DNA of 64,000 nt from an uncultured bacterium (GCA_943787795.1 CALSNU010000001.1:160001-224000), one strand, 5' to 3'. Positions 1 through 10,844 are shown, counted from the first letter of the stretch. Translations and numbers: made by a program. The notes: generated by a model not told the origin, from the sequence alone.

Positions 1-363
1 CGCCAGGGAGTCCAACTGGATGCCGCCGAACCCGGTGGGGTTCCCCGCGCTCCCTCCGCTGGTGACCCGGGCGGAGTCGAGCAGGGCGTCGTAGCCGGCG
101 TCACCGGTGGACGACCCGGCGTTGAGCGTCCAGCCGCCGTTACTCCAACCCAGCGGCGCGAAGGCGCTGAACGAGACGCCGTTCACGGTGGGCGCCGCGA
201 AGGTCTGGGCCCAGCAGTTGAGGGCGGTGACCAAGGTGCCGTTGGTGCTGACCTCCGAGGCCGACTGGACATCCTGGACCGGCCCCCACTGGATCGTGTC
301 GGCCTGGCCGGCGGCCGAGGGCGTGAGGGCGAGGAGGAGCGGCGCGATTCGAAGGAGGTTCAT
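1..363 (-). CDS. Secreted hypothetical protein, 5' part (runs off window start)
   Basis: ATG at 363 on minus strand reads MNLLRIAPLLLALTPSAAGQADTIQWGPVQDV..., a signal-peptide-like N-terminus; frame open to position 1. Confidence 0.7.
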   Translation of the reverse strand, partial: MNLLRIAPLLLALTPSAAGQADTIQWGPVQDVQSASEVSTNGTLVTALNCWAQTFAAPTVNGVSFSAFAPLGWSNGGWTLNAGSSTGDAGYDALLDSARVTSGGSAGNPTGFGGIQLDSLA

Positions 364-392
364 GGTCTTGGTCCGGGAGGGGGGGGGGCGGG

Positions 393-2984
393 CTACTTGT
401 TGGCGCGGAGCAGGAACTCCTCGTACTTGCGGAAGCGACCGAGGCGCTTGACGTGTCCGCCGAGCCCGTGGCCTCCGCTGGGATCCACGAAGAGCTCCAC
501 GAGGGTCTCCTTGCCGGCGTCGAGGAGCTCAGCGTACACCCGTACCGTGTCCTGGTAGAGGACGTTGGAGTCCTCCATGCCGTGGACGAGCAGCAGCTTG
601 CGCTGGAGGTTCTTGGCCAGGGGGAGCAGGGAAAACTCCTTGAGATCCGTCTCTCCTTCGCGGCTGTTGCCGATGGTGCCCGTGGAGTACCAGGAGTTGT
701 AGTTCTCCCACTCGGTGGGCCCCGCACCAGCGATGCCGCAGCGGAAGACCTCGGGTTCGGTGTACAGGCACATCTGGGTCTGGAAGCCACCGAAGCTCCA
801 GCCGTGGATGGCCACGCGGTCCGCGTCGACGCCGTGCTCCTCGACGAGGTAGCGCACGCCGTCGGTCAGGTCCTCGACCTGGGGCACGCCGACGCGCTCG
901 AAGTTGGCCTTCTCGAACAGCGCGCCGTAGCCCGACATGCCGCGCGGGTCGATGGTGCAGGTGACCCAGCCGTGCTCCTGCGCCATGTACCTGGCGAAGA
1001 AGTACCCGTCAGACCCGAAGTTGCCCTCGGTGACCTGCTTCCTCGTACCGAGGGGGCCGCCGTAGACGTAGATGAGCAGGGGCCGCTTCTCTCCCGGCTC
1101 GCGCTCCGGCTCGAACATCAGGCCGCGGATGCCCTGACCGTGTCGGTTCTCGAACTCGAAGAACTCGGGCGCGGCGGCGGTGAGCTCGCGGGTCGCGGCG
1201 GGGTGCGAGTCCGTCAGCGCGCGCTCCTCGCCGGCGGCGATGTCCACATGGACGAGCTCGCGGGGCGAGCCGAAGGCGGAGAAGGTGGCGAGGAGGTGCT
1301 GGCCGTCCGGGCTCACCGCCGCGCCCGCGTACTGACCGCGACGCCCGGTGAGGCGCGTCATCTCGGCCGTGTCCAGGTCCACGCGATAGACGTCCTGGCA
1401 GGCCGAGTCCTCTCGGGTGGCGGCGACCCAGGCGCAGGAGCGGTCCTCCGGAGCTCCGATGGGGTAGACCTCGAAGTGCCCCCTGGTCACGGGCTCGAGG
1501 GTCTCGTAGACCGGGTCGAGGACGTGCAGGTGTCGGAACCCCGTCTGCTCGGTGATGAGCATGACCCGGCGGCTGTCCGCCAGGTATCGAGGCTCGATCA
1601 TGCGCGGCGTGTTCGGGCCGCCCGTGTGGAGGAAGCGCTGGATCACCCGCGCGGGCCGGTCGTCGTTCGGCTCGCCGCGGACCTCTTCGGCTGCGTCCAT
1701 CCGGGCTGCGTCCATCTCGGCTGCGTCCGTCTCCCCTGAGCCGCCCCCTTGAGCCTCAGCGAGGGCTTCGAGGACATGGACCTCCTCGGTGGCCTGGTCG
1801 AAGGCGGCGAAGACGAACCGGGTGGAGTCCGGAGCCCAGTCGGGCACGCGCAGGACGTCTCTCGGCCCAGAGGTCTCCCGCTCGTAGACCTTGATCAGCT
1901 CGCCGTCCTCGCGATCAGGGTCCGGGAGTTCGTGCAGGAAGACGGCCGTGGTGCGCTTGCCGATGGGGTCGTCCGAGACCGTCCTCGGGACGGTACGGAC
2001 CTTCATGAAGCGGTCCTTGTAGGTGGCGATGTCGACCGTGCGACCTCCGTCCCGGCTCCGGGAGCCGTTGGAGGCCACGAAGGCCACTCGCTCGCCGTCG
2101 GGGCTGATCTTGTACTCCCGCATGGTCATACCGCCGGGGAGCTTGGGGTCCAGCTGGTCCACGAAGTGATCGCCGAACCGGACGCGGACCAGGGCATCGC
2201 CCAGGAGCGCCGTGTACCCGCCGCCGTCCGGCAGGTACTGGACCGACCGCTCGGACTGGCGGGTCTTGGTCAGCCGTACGGGTCGCTCCTCACCGATGAC
2301 CCAGCGGTAGATGTCCCCGCCGGAGCTCATCAGGAGCTCGTCGGCGCCCGGGGCCCAGGTGAAGGAGGAGATCCCGCGATAGCGCGGCGCCTTCTTCTCG
2401 TCGGCGTCGTCCTCGTCGACGACGTCCATCAGCCCGAGGTCGTCGGTGGTGCCCTCGTCCTTCTCTTCGCCCGCCTGAGCGTCCCCCTTGCGGCTGAGCT
2501 GCTGGAGCTCTGACCAGCTCCCGCCGCCGAAGCGGTCGTCGTCCGGTCGGGCGGGCTGCTCGTCCTCGGCGCCCTTCCCCTTGGCGTCCGCGCCGCCGCC
2601 CTTGGAGGAGCTCGCGCCGGCCTTCTTGGCGCGCTTGATCCGGTCCTCGCCCACCTCCATGGTGCTGGCCTGGAAGGGCGCCATGACGGAGACGGAGGTC
2701 AGCCGGCGCGCCTGGCCCGTCCCAAGTTCGACAAGCCAGAGGTCGCTGCCGTGCCGTCGCTCGGCGTACGGGCGGTACAGGTAAGCGGCATAACGCCCGC
2801 TCGCCGAGAAGCTGGGTGAGCTGGCGGATGGGCCGAAGAGCCCGTCCTCGTCAAAGATCGTCTCGAGGTCGAACTTGACCTCGCCCTCCTTCGCGTCGGC
2901 GGACGCCTGAGAGTGGGCAGCCGCTGCAGGGTGAGCCAGCGCGACGAGGGAGAGTGAGCAGCAGAGAGCGAGGAGGTTGGTCAT
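393..2984 (-). CDS. S9 family (dipeptidyl peptidase IV / prolyl oligopeptidase-like) serine peptidase, secreted
   Basis: Signal peptide, beta-propeller region, YVYGGP, nucleophile motif GWSFGG, HGMEDSNV and C-terminal His (GGHG). Confidence 0.9.
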   Translation of the reverse strand: MTNLLALCCSLSLVALAHPAAAAHSQASADAKEGEVKFDLETIFDEDGLFGPSASSPSFSASGRYAAYLYRPYAERRHGSDLWLVELGTGQARRLTSVSVMAPFQASTMEVGEDRIKRAKKAGASSSKGGGADAKGKGAEDEQPARPDDDRFGGGSWSELQQLSRKGDAQAGEEKDEGTTDDLGLMDVVDEDDADEKKAPRYRGISSFTWAPGADELLMSSGGDIYRWVIGEERPVRLTKTRQSERSVQYLPDGGGYTALLGDALVRVRFGDHFVDQLDPKLPGGMTMREYKISPDGERVAFVASNGSRSRDGGRTVDIATYKDRFMKVRTVPRTVSDDPIGKRTTAVFLHELPDPDREDGELIKVYERETSGPRDVLRVPDWAPDSTRFVFAAFDQATEEVHVLEALAEAQGGGSGETDAAEMDAARMDAAEEVRGEPNDDRPARVIQRFLHTGGPNTPRMIEPRYLADSRRVMLITEQTGFRHLHVLDPVYETLEPVTRGHFEVYPIGAPEDRSCAWVAATREDSACQDVYRVDLDTAEMTRLTGRRGQYAGAAVSPDGQHLLATFSAFGSPRELVHVDIAAGEERALTDSHPAATRELTAAAPEFFEFENRHGQGIRGLMFEPEREPGEKRPLLIYVYGGPLGTRKQVTEGNFGSDGYFFARYMAQEHGWVTCTIDPRGMSGYGALFEKANFERVGVPQVEDLTDGVRYLVEEHGVDADRVAIHGWSFGGFQTQMCLYTEPEVFRCGIAGAGPTEWENYNSWYSTGTIGNSREGETDLKEFSLLPLAKNLQRKLLLVHGMEDSNVLYQDTVRVYAELLDAGKETLVELFVDPSGGHGLGGHVKRLGRFRKYEEFLLRANK

Positions 2985-3093
2985 GGAGAGCGCCGTCGCG
3001 AGCTACCAGCTCGACGTCACGGCGCCCTCGATGCTAAGAGAGGCCCCCGGATCCGACGAGGTCTCGAGCCCGGCTGCCTACGTAAGAGGCAGA

Positions 3094-4419
3094 TCAGATC
3101 AGCGATGTGACCAGTTCCGGGAAGACGATCACCAGCAGGAGGCCGAGGGCCTGGATGCCGATGAAGGGCAGCACACCGCGGTAGATGTCGCCGGTCTTCA
3201 CCTCCGGCGGCGCGACACCCCGAAGATAGAACAGCGCGAAGCCGAAGGGAGGTGTCAGGAACGAGGTCTGCAGGTTCATCGCGATCATCACACCGAACCA
3301 GATCATGGCGTCCCCTTCGATCCCCAGGCTGGCTGCTGCGGGGACGATGAGGGGCAGGACGATGAAGGCGATCTCGAAGAAGTCGATGAAGAACCCGAGC
3401 CCGAAGATGACCAGGTTGGCGACGACCAGGAGCCCGATCTTCCCTCCGGGCAGTCCCGTCAACATGTCCTCGATCCACACGTCCCCGTAGACCCCGCGGA
3501 AGACCAGGGTGAAGGCCGTCGAGCCGATCAGGAGGAAGACCACCATGGTCGTGAGCTTGGCGGTGTCCTCGACGCTCTCGCGCAGCTTCGCGAAGGAGAA
3601 GCGTCGGCGCATCGTCGCGAGCATGAGGGCGCCGAGGGCGCCGAGGGCTCCGGCCTTGGTGGGGGTTGCGATGCCGAGGAAGATGCTCCCCAGGACGATC
3701 AGGATCAGCGCGAGGGGCGGGATCAGCACCTTCAGGACGAGCAGCAAGAGAGCGGCGCCGGACACGTCACGCTCCTCGGGTGGCAGGGCCGGCGCGCGCC
3801 CCGGATGTCGCCACGCCACCCACGCCACGTAGATGGCGTAGAACGTGGCGAGCATGAGCCCGGGGACGAAGGCGCCGCGGAAGAGCTTCCCCGCGCTGAC
3901 CTCCAGCTGATCTCCGAGCACGATCAGGACAATGCTCGGTGGGATCAGCTGCCCCAGCGTCCCCGCGGCGCAGATGGTGCCGGTGGCCAGCTCGCGGCTG
4001 TAGCCGTAGCGGAGCATCACGGGGAGGGAGATCATCCCCATGGCGACCACGGACGCACCGACCACTCCCGTGGCCGCGGCGAGCAGGGCGCCGACGAAGA
4101 CCACGGCGAGCGCGAGGCCGCCCCGCCGCGCGCCGAAGAGCATGCCGATGGAGTGCAGCAGGTCCTCGGCGAGCCGCGAGCGCTGGAGGATCGTCCCCAT
4201 GAGCACGAAGAACGGCACCGCCAGCAGGACCTGGTTCTCCATGATCCCGAAGACGCGCTCGGGGAAGTTGCTCAGGTAGACCCAGTCGAAGTAGCCGAGG
4301 GAGACCCCGAGGGCGCCGAAGAGCAGCGCGGCTCCACCCAGGGTGAAGGCCACCGGGAAGCCGAGGAAGATCAGCGTCATCACGACGCCGAACATCAGGG
4401 GGCCGAGCCAGTCGCTCAC
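3094..4419 (-). CDS. dctM: TRAP transporter large permease subunit
   Basis: Polytopic membrane protein with GFPVAFTL, GTLGQLIPPS and SFLTPPFGFALFYL motifs; GTG start at 4419 overlaps the dctQ stop (GTGA). Confidence 0.9.
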   Translation of the reverse strand: MSDWLGPLMFGVVMTLIFLGFPVAFTLGGAALLFGALGVSLGYFDWVYLSNFPERVFGIMENQVLLAVPFFVLMGTILQRSRLAEDLLHSIGMLFGARRGGLALAVVFVGALLAAATGVVGASVVAMGMISLPVMLRYGYSRELATGTICAAGTLGQLIPPSIVLIVLGDQLEVSAGKLFRGAFVPGLMLATFYAIYVAWVAWRHPGRAPALPPEERDVSGAALLLLVLKVLIPPLALILIVLGSIFLGIATPTKAGALGALGALMLATMRRRFSFAKLRESVEDTAKLTTMVVFLLIGSTAFTLVFRGVYGDVWIEDMLTGLPGGKIGLLVVANLVIFGLGFFIDFFEIAFIVLPLIVPAAASLGIEGDAMIWFGVMIAMNLQTSFLTPPFGFALFYLRGVAPPEVKTGDIYRGVLPFIGIQALGLLLVIVFPELVTSLI

Positions 4420-4937
4420 GACGCGTCTCCGCGGCGGAGGACGTGGGCAGCTCGGACCGTGTTCGCAACGCCCTGCAGCGCGAGGAGCGTGAAGGCGACC
4501 GGGAGCACCGCCTTGATCGGCCAGCGAGAGAGCCCGCCCGGGTCGGGCGAGACCTCGCCGATGCGCAGGGATTCGGACGCGGCGGGGTAGCTGACGATCA
4601 CCCCGTAGACGCAGAAGGGGAGCAGGAGCAGCGCGCCGCCCAGGACGTCCGTCCAGGCCTTCCCACGGACGCCGAGGCGTCCGTACATCACGTCGACCCG
4701 TACGTGGGCGTTCTCGCGCAGAGCCCAGGGCGCCGCGAGCAAGAAGAGGATGCTGAACAGGTACCACTGCAGCTCGTCCAGGGCGACGGACGCGAGGCGA
4801 CGGCCAGCCAGGGGCTCGAGGTAGCTGGCGATGGCGTTGCCTGCGCCGATCAGGGCCATGAGCAGCACTGACCAGGCCGCGGCGCGGCCCACGAGGCCGT
4901 TGAGCCGGTCAATCCCGTTGATGAACTTCACCGGCAC
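4416..4937 (-). CDS. dctQ: TRAP transporter small permease subunit
   Basis: Four TM segments, ELQWYLF, HVRVDV, E.SPDPGGL..WPIK; coupled to dctM. Confidence 0.88.
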   Translation of the reverse strand: MPVKFINGIDRLNGLVGRAAAWSVLLMALIGAGNAIASYLEPLAGRRLASVALDELQWYLFSILFLLAAPWALRENAHVRVDVMYGRLGVRGKAWTDVLGGALLLLPFCVYGVIVSYPAASESLRIGEVSPDPGGLSRWPIKAVLPVAFTLLALQGVANTVRAAHVLRRGDAS

Positions 4938-5040
4938 AGAGTAAGCACCGAGCGGCTTGGAGCCCAGGGCGACTCCGGGGCGCCCGATCGGACCGCAGGC
5001 GCGGCACGGCCGAGCTCGACCGCCGGAGCCGGCGATTCGC

Positions 5041-7143
5041 TCAGAACGGCATGCCGATGCTGAAGTGGATCACCCAATCCTCCTCGCCCGGTCGTGGGTT
5101 CGGATTCACCGCGCCGTCGAGGCGCAGGGGGCCGATGGGGAGGAGGTAGCGAAGCCCGAGGCCGACGCCGAAGCGCACGTCATCCACGTCGAAGAAGTCG
5201 GAGGCCTGGCGCTCGACGAACCCTGCGTCGACGAAGGCGGCGGACTGCAGCGCCCCGACCAACTCGGAGCGGAGCTCGATGCTCGCCGTGGAGAAGACCT
5301 CGCCCCCCAGGGGTTCCCCGTTGACATCCTTCGGGCCGAGCTCGCTCTCCTTGAACGAGCGGACGGAGTTGCCGCCGCCGGCGAAGAAGCGCTCCTGGAT
5401 GGGGATCGCCTCCGCGTCGTAGGCCGGCGCGATGATGCCAGCCCGAAGGTTGAGGCCGAGGACGGAGCCGGCGGAGACGGGCCGGAACCAGGAGGTCGAG
5501 AGCTTGCCCCGGATGAACTCCAGCTCGGAGCCGAAGCCCTCGGCGGCCAGCTGCACCGAGGCGTTCATGTACAGCCCCCGGGTGGGCGCGAAGAGCGCGT
5601 CGCGGTCGTCGAACCGCTGAGAGAGGGTCAGGCCCGCCACGTTGACGATGTTCTGGGCGTCCGCGACGTCGTCGTCCACGACCTTGACGTCCTTGGCCTC
5701 GGAGCGGCCGAACTGATAGCCGAAGGTGGTGGCCATCACCCCGCTCCACTCCTTGGTGACATAGGCGCCGATGCCGCGGTTCTCCCTGAGGAAGGACGGC
5801 TCCTTGCGGCGCTCGAAGTCGACCTGAATGTCGCCGATGACCTGCTCGTTCAGGAACCAGGGGTCGGTCAGTCGGACGCTGGCGCTCAGGGCGCGCACCG
5901 CGACCATGACCTCCGCCGAGCCGTCGATGCCAGACCTGAACATGTTTCGGTCCCGCGCGCCGACGGTGCCGCGGAAGAGCTCATAGCTCCCGAAGCCAGG
6001 CTCAAAGTAGACCTCGAGGGACTCTTGCTCCACGAGATCGACCACGAGCGTCCGCTCCGCGCCCTCGCCCTCTACCCTCGAGCGGACCTCGGAGAACAGG
6101 CCCGTCCGGTAGAGGGCGCGCACGCTGGCGCGGACCTCACGGGTGCTGAATTCATCGCCTGGCCGGAGGCGGAGCCGCGACTTCAGGAAGCTCTCCCTCG
6201 TGCGTCCGGAGCTCTCGAAGCGGACCTCGCTGATCGTGACATGGAGTCCGGGGACGACGGAGATCTCCATCTGGACGAGGTGGGATTCCTCATCGACGTC
6301 GGCCTCCACGCGGACCTCGGCGTCCAGGTACCCGTGGCTCGCAAGGGCGTCGAGGACGCTGCTGCGTACACGGCCGGGGACCCGCGGTTCGTACGGGAGG
6401 TCCTCCCCAGGGCTCAGCGGCGTGATGTCGATCTGGGCGAGCCGAATAGCCTCGAGGACGTCGACCTCGAGGTCTTCCTCTCGGAGGATCTCCACAGGCT
6501 CCAGCCGATAGCGCGGGCCGGCCTCGACGTCCAGGTGGACCGGGACGGCCCCGCCCTCGGGGCCCGGCCCGGGGTCGTCGAGGTGGGCGACGGCCTCGAG
6601 GTGTCCGAGGGCCACGAGGTCGACCACCACACGCCGCGGGCTGCGCTCCACGCGACGCTTCACGTACAGCACCTCACCGCGTCCGAAGAGGCCGGTCCGC
6701 GGACCGCTGACGTAGCGGGTCAGGTCCTCCTCCGAGATGGGGCAGCTGGGGTCAGCTGTCACGGTGACCGGCCCGAGCGTGGAGCGGGCGCCTGCGCTGA
6801 CCAGGAGCCGCGCCGCCGGCCCCTCCACCTCATAGGCCACCTCCGCCAAGGCGTAGCCGCGCTCGGCCAGCAAGAGCTCGAGCTCGTAGGCGGCGTCGTC
6901 GATGTACACGGCCCGCTCCGTGGAACGGAACCGCTCGACGTAGGGGGCAGCCACCTCCTCCATGTCGTCCAGCAGCCCGTCCGGGGCGCCCACGATGGAG
7001 ACGTCGGAGGCGATTCGAGGGGATGGGTTCCCCTCCAGCGCGGGGCCGGCGGCCAGCGCAAGGGGCGCACAAGCGAGCCAGACGAGCCAGATGAGCGCGC
7101 AGCGGACGGCACGCGCGAGGCGGTGATCGAGCGGGAGGGGCAC
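5041..7143 (-). CDS. Omp85 family outer membrane protein (TamA/BamA-like)
   Basis: POTRA-like region; barrel with RFFAGGGNSVRSF, G.GLRYLLPIGPLRLD and terminal HFSIGMPF; downstream of a tamB-like gene. Confidence 0.88.
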   Translation of the reverse strand: MPLPLDHRLARAVRCALIWLVWLACAPLALAAGPALEGNPSPRIASDVSIVGAPDGLLDDMEEVAAPYVERFRSTERAVYIDDAAYELELLLAERGYALAEVAYEVEGPAARLLVSAGARSTLGPVTVTADPSCPISEEDLTRYVSGPRTGLFGRGEVLYVKRRVERSPRRVVVDLVALGHLEAVAHLDDPGPGPEGGAVPVHLDVEAGPRYRLEPVEILREEDLEVDVLEAIRLAQIDITPLSPGEDLPYEPRVPGRVRSSVLDALASHGYLDAEVRVEADVDEESHLVQMEISVVPGLHVTISEVRFESSGRTRESFLKSRLRLRPGDEFSTREVRASVRALYRTGLFSEVRSRVEGEGAERTLVVDLVEQESLEVYFEPGFGSYELFRGTVGARDRNMFRSGIDGSAEVMVAVRALSASVRLTDPWFLNEQVIGDIQVDFERRKEPSFLRENRGIGAYVTKEWSGVMATTFGYQFGRSEAKDVKVVDDDVADAQNIVNVAGLTLSQRFDDRDALFAPTRGLYMNASVQLAAEGFGSELEFIRGKLSTSWFRPVSAGSVLGLNLRAGIIAPAYDAEAIPIQERFFAGGGNSVRSFKESELGPKDVNGEPLGGEVFSTASIELRSELVGALQSAAFVDAGFVERQASDFFDVDDVRFGVGLGLRYLLPIGPLRLDGAVNPNPRPGEEDWVIHFSIGMPF

Positions 7144-7147
7144 TGCG

Positions 7148-10100
7148 CTATCTGAGCCTCAGAACCAGGCGTAGGCCGACGTTGTAGTCCTCGAAGGAGT
7201 CTCGCTCCATCACCAGGTACACGGCGTCTCGGTCACGGGCGAGACCCTCTCGCAATCGGTAGGTCGCCTGGACGGTCAGCACGCCCGAGCGTGAGACGTC
7301 CTGGCCGGACACCACCTCGAGGCGGTCCACAAAGGAGTCCCTGTCGCGGTCGTCGAAGCCGCCGGAGTCAAACCAGCCCTGCACGAGGTCGCGGGCGACG
7401 TAGAGGGCGACGGTCTGACCCGCCGCGCGCGCCCCCCGGGCGGTCCCGGGGGGGCGGCCAGAGAGCACCAGCATCACGAGGTCGTCGGGGACCAGCGGCG
7501 GGTACGAGGTGAAGTCCACGACCGCCTGGTCGTACTCACCGGAGATCTCCACCGTCACGTCATAGCCCGCCAGTCGGGTCGTCCCGATCAGCTCGAGCTG
7601 GGGGATCTCTGGGTTCGCCGGGTCGAAGCGGATCAGCCCCGTCGGGAAGCGCAGCGTTCCCGCGGGGAGCGCCACCTCCAGGGGGTCCACGAACAGCCGG
7701 CCGGAGGGGATCGGTTGGGAGAGGTTCCCGGAGAGCGTGAGGTCGGCGCGGACCTGGCCGCGGGTCAGGCGCCCCGCGATCTCCATGGGGTCGGCGGTGG
7801 TCACGCGGACCGCGAGCGCGACCGAGGCGGGCCCCAGGGCGGGCAGCTGGAATCCCCTCCGCACCGCCTCCGGGGTCCGGCTCCCGCCGCTTGCGAGGAT
7901 GTCCTGGAACTCCACCGGCGAGCGGAGGCGTCCGCCGACCAGGGCCAGCTCGCCGGAGAGGCGGAGGGCGTCCGCGGTCCCCTCGAGGAGCAGGTCGATG
8001 TTCGAGCGCACCACGGCGTCCTCCGATCGGTGCAGCAGCACCTCCTCGCCCATGAGTTGGAGGGCCAGCGTCGGCGTCGGCGTCGAGAGGTCCAGCGCGC
8101 CGGTCAAGCGCACAGGAGCCGCGCCCGCGTCGAAGCACGCCTGCTCGATCACGACGCGGGAGGGGGTGGCCGCGAGGGTGAACTCGAGGTTCTCGATGGT
8201 CGGGACGTCCCGGACGCGGAGCATGCCCTCACTCAGGGTCAGGCGACCGTCCAGGGTGGGGGACCGAACGGGGCCGGTGGACCTGCCGGTGAAGGTCAGC
8301 GTGCCGCCGGCCTCGCGGACCTCGGGTGAGAGGTCGGCGACCCACGCGAGCTCCTCGCAGACGAAGCGCCCCTGCGCCTCGAGGGGGGCGTCGAGCCAGG
8401 GGCTGGCATCCTCCAGGAGCGCGACCACGTCGAGCGGCCGCTCCACGCGCACGCTCCCGTCCGCGACGCCAAGGTCGCCCAGGACCAGCCCGGACGGCCG
8501 GAGGGTCACGCCGTCATCGATGATCACCGCCACTTCACCCGAGACGGGGTCCTCCAGCCCAGGCAGGGGCTCCCCATCGGCGTCGACGTAGCCGACGTTC
8601 ACGAGGCTTGCGGCGCCGGATCCCGTCAGCGCGCGCCAGGTCCCGGCGAGGTTCAGGTCGACCGCCATGGCCCCGGAGATGCGGCTCGCGACCTGAGCGA
8701 ACTCATCGGGGATCGCCGCGCCGATGAGATCTCCGCGCAGCGCGTTGGCGTCCAGACGGAACTGCGCGTCGAGGCGCACCGGCCCCTCACCCAGGGGCGG
8801 GCCGTCGAGATTCACCGGCGCCTCGCCCGAGAGGTCGAGCGAGATGTGCTTGAGGCTCGTGGTCACCTCGCTCAGCCGCAGCAGGCCGTCCTCCCAGGTG
8901 GCCTTCATCCGCGCCGCCACGGGCTCCTCCACCCCCGCGAGCCGGGCGCCGCTGAGCGTGGCGTCGACCTCCGCCCGCAGCGGCGTCCGCTGGAAGAAGA
9001 GGTCGCCGTCCAGGGCGCCGACCCGTCCGCTCTCGCCGAGGACGCCCTCGAGGACGGCGTCGATCTCGAACGCCGTCGCCGTCGCGCCGGCCCGGAGCCC
9101 GCTGGCGCCGCCGGTCTCGGCCCAGATGGTGAGGGCGCCGACGGGGCCCTCGAGGCGCACGTCGCTCACCTGGACCCCCTCTCCCTCGAATCGAACCGTG
9201 GTGGGGGAGGCCAGGTCCAGTTGAGCGGTGCCGCGGCGGAGTGAGAGGGTCTGCACCTCCACGGCGAGCGCCTCATCGCCGAAGGGCAGTTGCACGGTCC
9301 CTCCCGCGATAAGCTCCCCCTCGTCGGTGCTGGCGTTGAGCCGGGTGACGTCGAGCCGGCCTCCCTCGAAGGTGCCCTCGACGGCGACCGAGCCCACGCG
9401 ATCCCCGCCGAGCTCCAGGCGCGCGGCGCTCGCGCGGACCGCCCCCCTGGGCGCATCCACGGGCCCGGAGAGCCGCAGGTCGGCCTCAAGCTGTCCGATG
9501 AAGTCCGCCTCGGGCACGAAGACCTTCGGGTCCTCCATGCGCACCGTGAGCGTCACGTCGTCGAGCGAACTCGTGGCGAGGTCGTAGTTGCCGCGACCCT
9601 CGATGGCGACCCGTCCGGGGTCGGAGGCGCGCAGGGCCGTGACCTCGAGGCGCTCGTCGCTGGCCAGTAGCTCTGCCTGGATGGTCCCGAACTGCAGACC
9701 CGCGAGGACGATGTCCTGGCCCTCCAGCTCCAGGGCGCCGGTCGCGATCTGACCGGGCGCGGGGCTCAGTGCGGCGGTGCCCTGCACGGAGCCGAAGAAG
9801 GACGGAGGTGGGATGTCTGGCCCGTCCATGGCCTCCCCGCGCGCCGCGCGCAGGGTCGCCTCGAGCTCGTCGAGGCGGGGGAGGTCGAGCCGTACGAGAC
9901 CGCCGACGGTCAGCCCCTCCGGCGCATCGAGATCCAGGACGAGGGCGTCCAGGCTCACGCGGTTGGCGCCGACCTGGATGCGCCCGTCGCTGAGTGAGAG
10001 CTGGCCGTCGCGGAGTTCACCGGCGAGGCGATCGGCGGAGAGGTTGAGGTCCTGGACGAGGCCCTCGAGCAGCTCGCCCTCGAACCGAAGCGCTTCGTCA

Positions 10101-10759
10101 TCCAGCTCGAGGCGGGCCCGGATGGCAGCGGCCCAGGCGTTGGCGGCCGCCCTGCCCTCGACCTCGAGCGGGCCCGAGGCCCCCGGCCCCTGAATCGAGA
10201 GCTCGGAGATCTCGATCAGGTCCGACTCGGTCACCAGCCGGAGGTTGCCATCGGAGACCAGGAAGGGTGGGAGCGTGGGGAGCCCGGCGCTCTCGGATGG
10301 CGCCTCGCCACCTCCGAGCGACGTGGTGTCCAGCTCCACCTCGGGCGCGGAGACGGTCACCATCGTGAGGGCCTCGAGGTCCGCGGAGCGGGCGGCGCGC
10401 AGGAGGTCGCCGGTGACGCTCACGGCGTCCGCTCGGGCCTGCCGCAGTGGTCCCTCGGCGTCGATGGGTCGCAGGGAGAGGCCGGTCACCTGGAGCGTCC
10501 CGGTCCAGTCTCCCTCGATCCCCTCCACCGTGACCTCGAAGGGCGTGAAGGCCCGGGTGAGCTCCGGGGTCCACCGAACGAGGAGCGGATGGAGGGTCCT
10601 GTCGCGGGTGAGGTAGAGGGCGACCAGGGCGCCGGCGCCCAGGAGCAGGAGCAGGGCCCCTCGACGGAACCAGCGCCCCGCGAACCCGAGCACCCGTCGG
10701 TGGACCGGCCGGCCTAGCGGCTCGGCGCCCATGGGTTCTTCCGCTGCTTCCACCGCCAT
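7148..10759 (-). CDS. TamB-like translocation/assembly module protein (AsmA/DUF490-like)
   Basis: ~1200 aa, N-terminal TM anchor, repetitive beta-strand character, TamB-like C-terminus; adjacent to the Omp85 gene; start chosen at ATG 10759. Confidence 0.8.
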   Translation of the reverse strand: MAVEAAEEPMGAEPLGRPVHRRVLGFAGRWFRRGALLLLLGAGALVALYLTRDRTLHPLLVRWTPELTRAFTPFEVTVEGIEGDWTGTLQVTGLSLRPIDAEGPLRQARADAVSVTGDLLRAARSADLEALTMVTVSAPEVELDTTSLGGGEAPSESAGLPTLPPFLVSDGNLRLVTESDLIEISELSIQGPGASGPLEVEGRAAANAWAAAIRARLELDDEALRFEGELLEGLVQDLNLSADRLAGELRDGQLSLSDGRIQVGANRVSLDALVLDLDAPEGLTVGGLVRLDLPRLDELEATLRAARGEAMDGPDIPPPSFFGSVQGTAALSPAPGQIATGALELEGQDIVLAGLQFGTIQAELLASDERLEVTALRASDPGRVAIEGRGNYDLATSSLDDVTLTVRMEDPKVFVPEADFIGQLEADLRLSGPVDAPRGAVRASAARLELGGDRVGSVAVEGTFEGGRLDVTRLNASTDEGELIAGGTVQLPFGDEALAVEVQTLSLRRGTAQLDLASPTTVRFEGEGVQVSDVRLEGPVGALTIWAETGGASGLRAGATATAFEIDAVLEGVLGESGRVGALDGDLFFQRTPLRAEVDATLSGARLAGVEEPVAARMKATWEDGLLRLSEVTTSLKHISLDLSGEAPVNLDGPPLGEGPVRLDAQFRLDANALRGDLIGAAIPDEFAQVASRISGAMAVDLNLAGTWRALTGSGAASLVNVGYVDADGEPLPGLEDPVSGEVAVIIDDGVTLRPSGLVLGDLGVADGSVRVERPLDVVALLEDASPWLDAPLEAQGRFVCEELAWVADLSPEVREAGGTLTFTGRSTGPVRSPTLDGRLTLSEGMLRVRDVPTIENLEFTLAATPSRVVIEQACFDAGAAPVRLTGALDLSTPTPTLALQLMGEEVLLHRSEDAVVRSNIDLLLEGTADALRLSGELALVGGRLRSPVEFQDILASGGSRTPEAVRRGFQLPALGPASVALAVRVTTADPMEIAGRLTRGQVRADLTLSGNLSQPIPSGRLFVDPLEVALPAGTLRFPTGLIRFDPANPEIPQLELIGTTRLAGYDVTVEISGEYDQAVVDFTSYPPLVPDDLVMLVLSGRPPGTARGARAAGQTVALYVARDLVQGWFDSGGFDDRDRDSFVDRLEVVSGQDVSRSGVLTVQATYRLREGLARDRDAVYLVMERDSFEDYNVGLRLVLRLR

Positions 10760-10844
10760 CACCGGACGCGCCTGCGCCAGGTGCAAAGGTTAGCGCCGCC
10801 CGGCGCGACCGGGCGGACTATGGCGGAGGGTCTTGGGCCAGCTC

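Noticed and set aside
1688..1730. 15-bp repeat within the S9 peptidase gene
   Set aside because: In-frame linker repeat (DAAEM/DAARM); unremarkable
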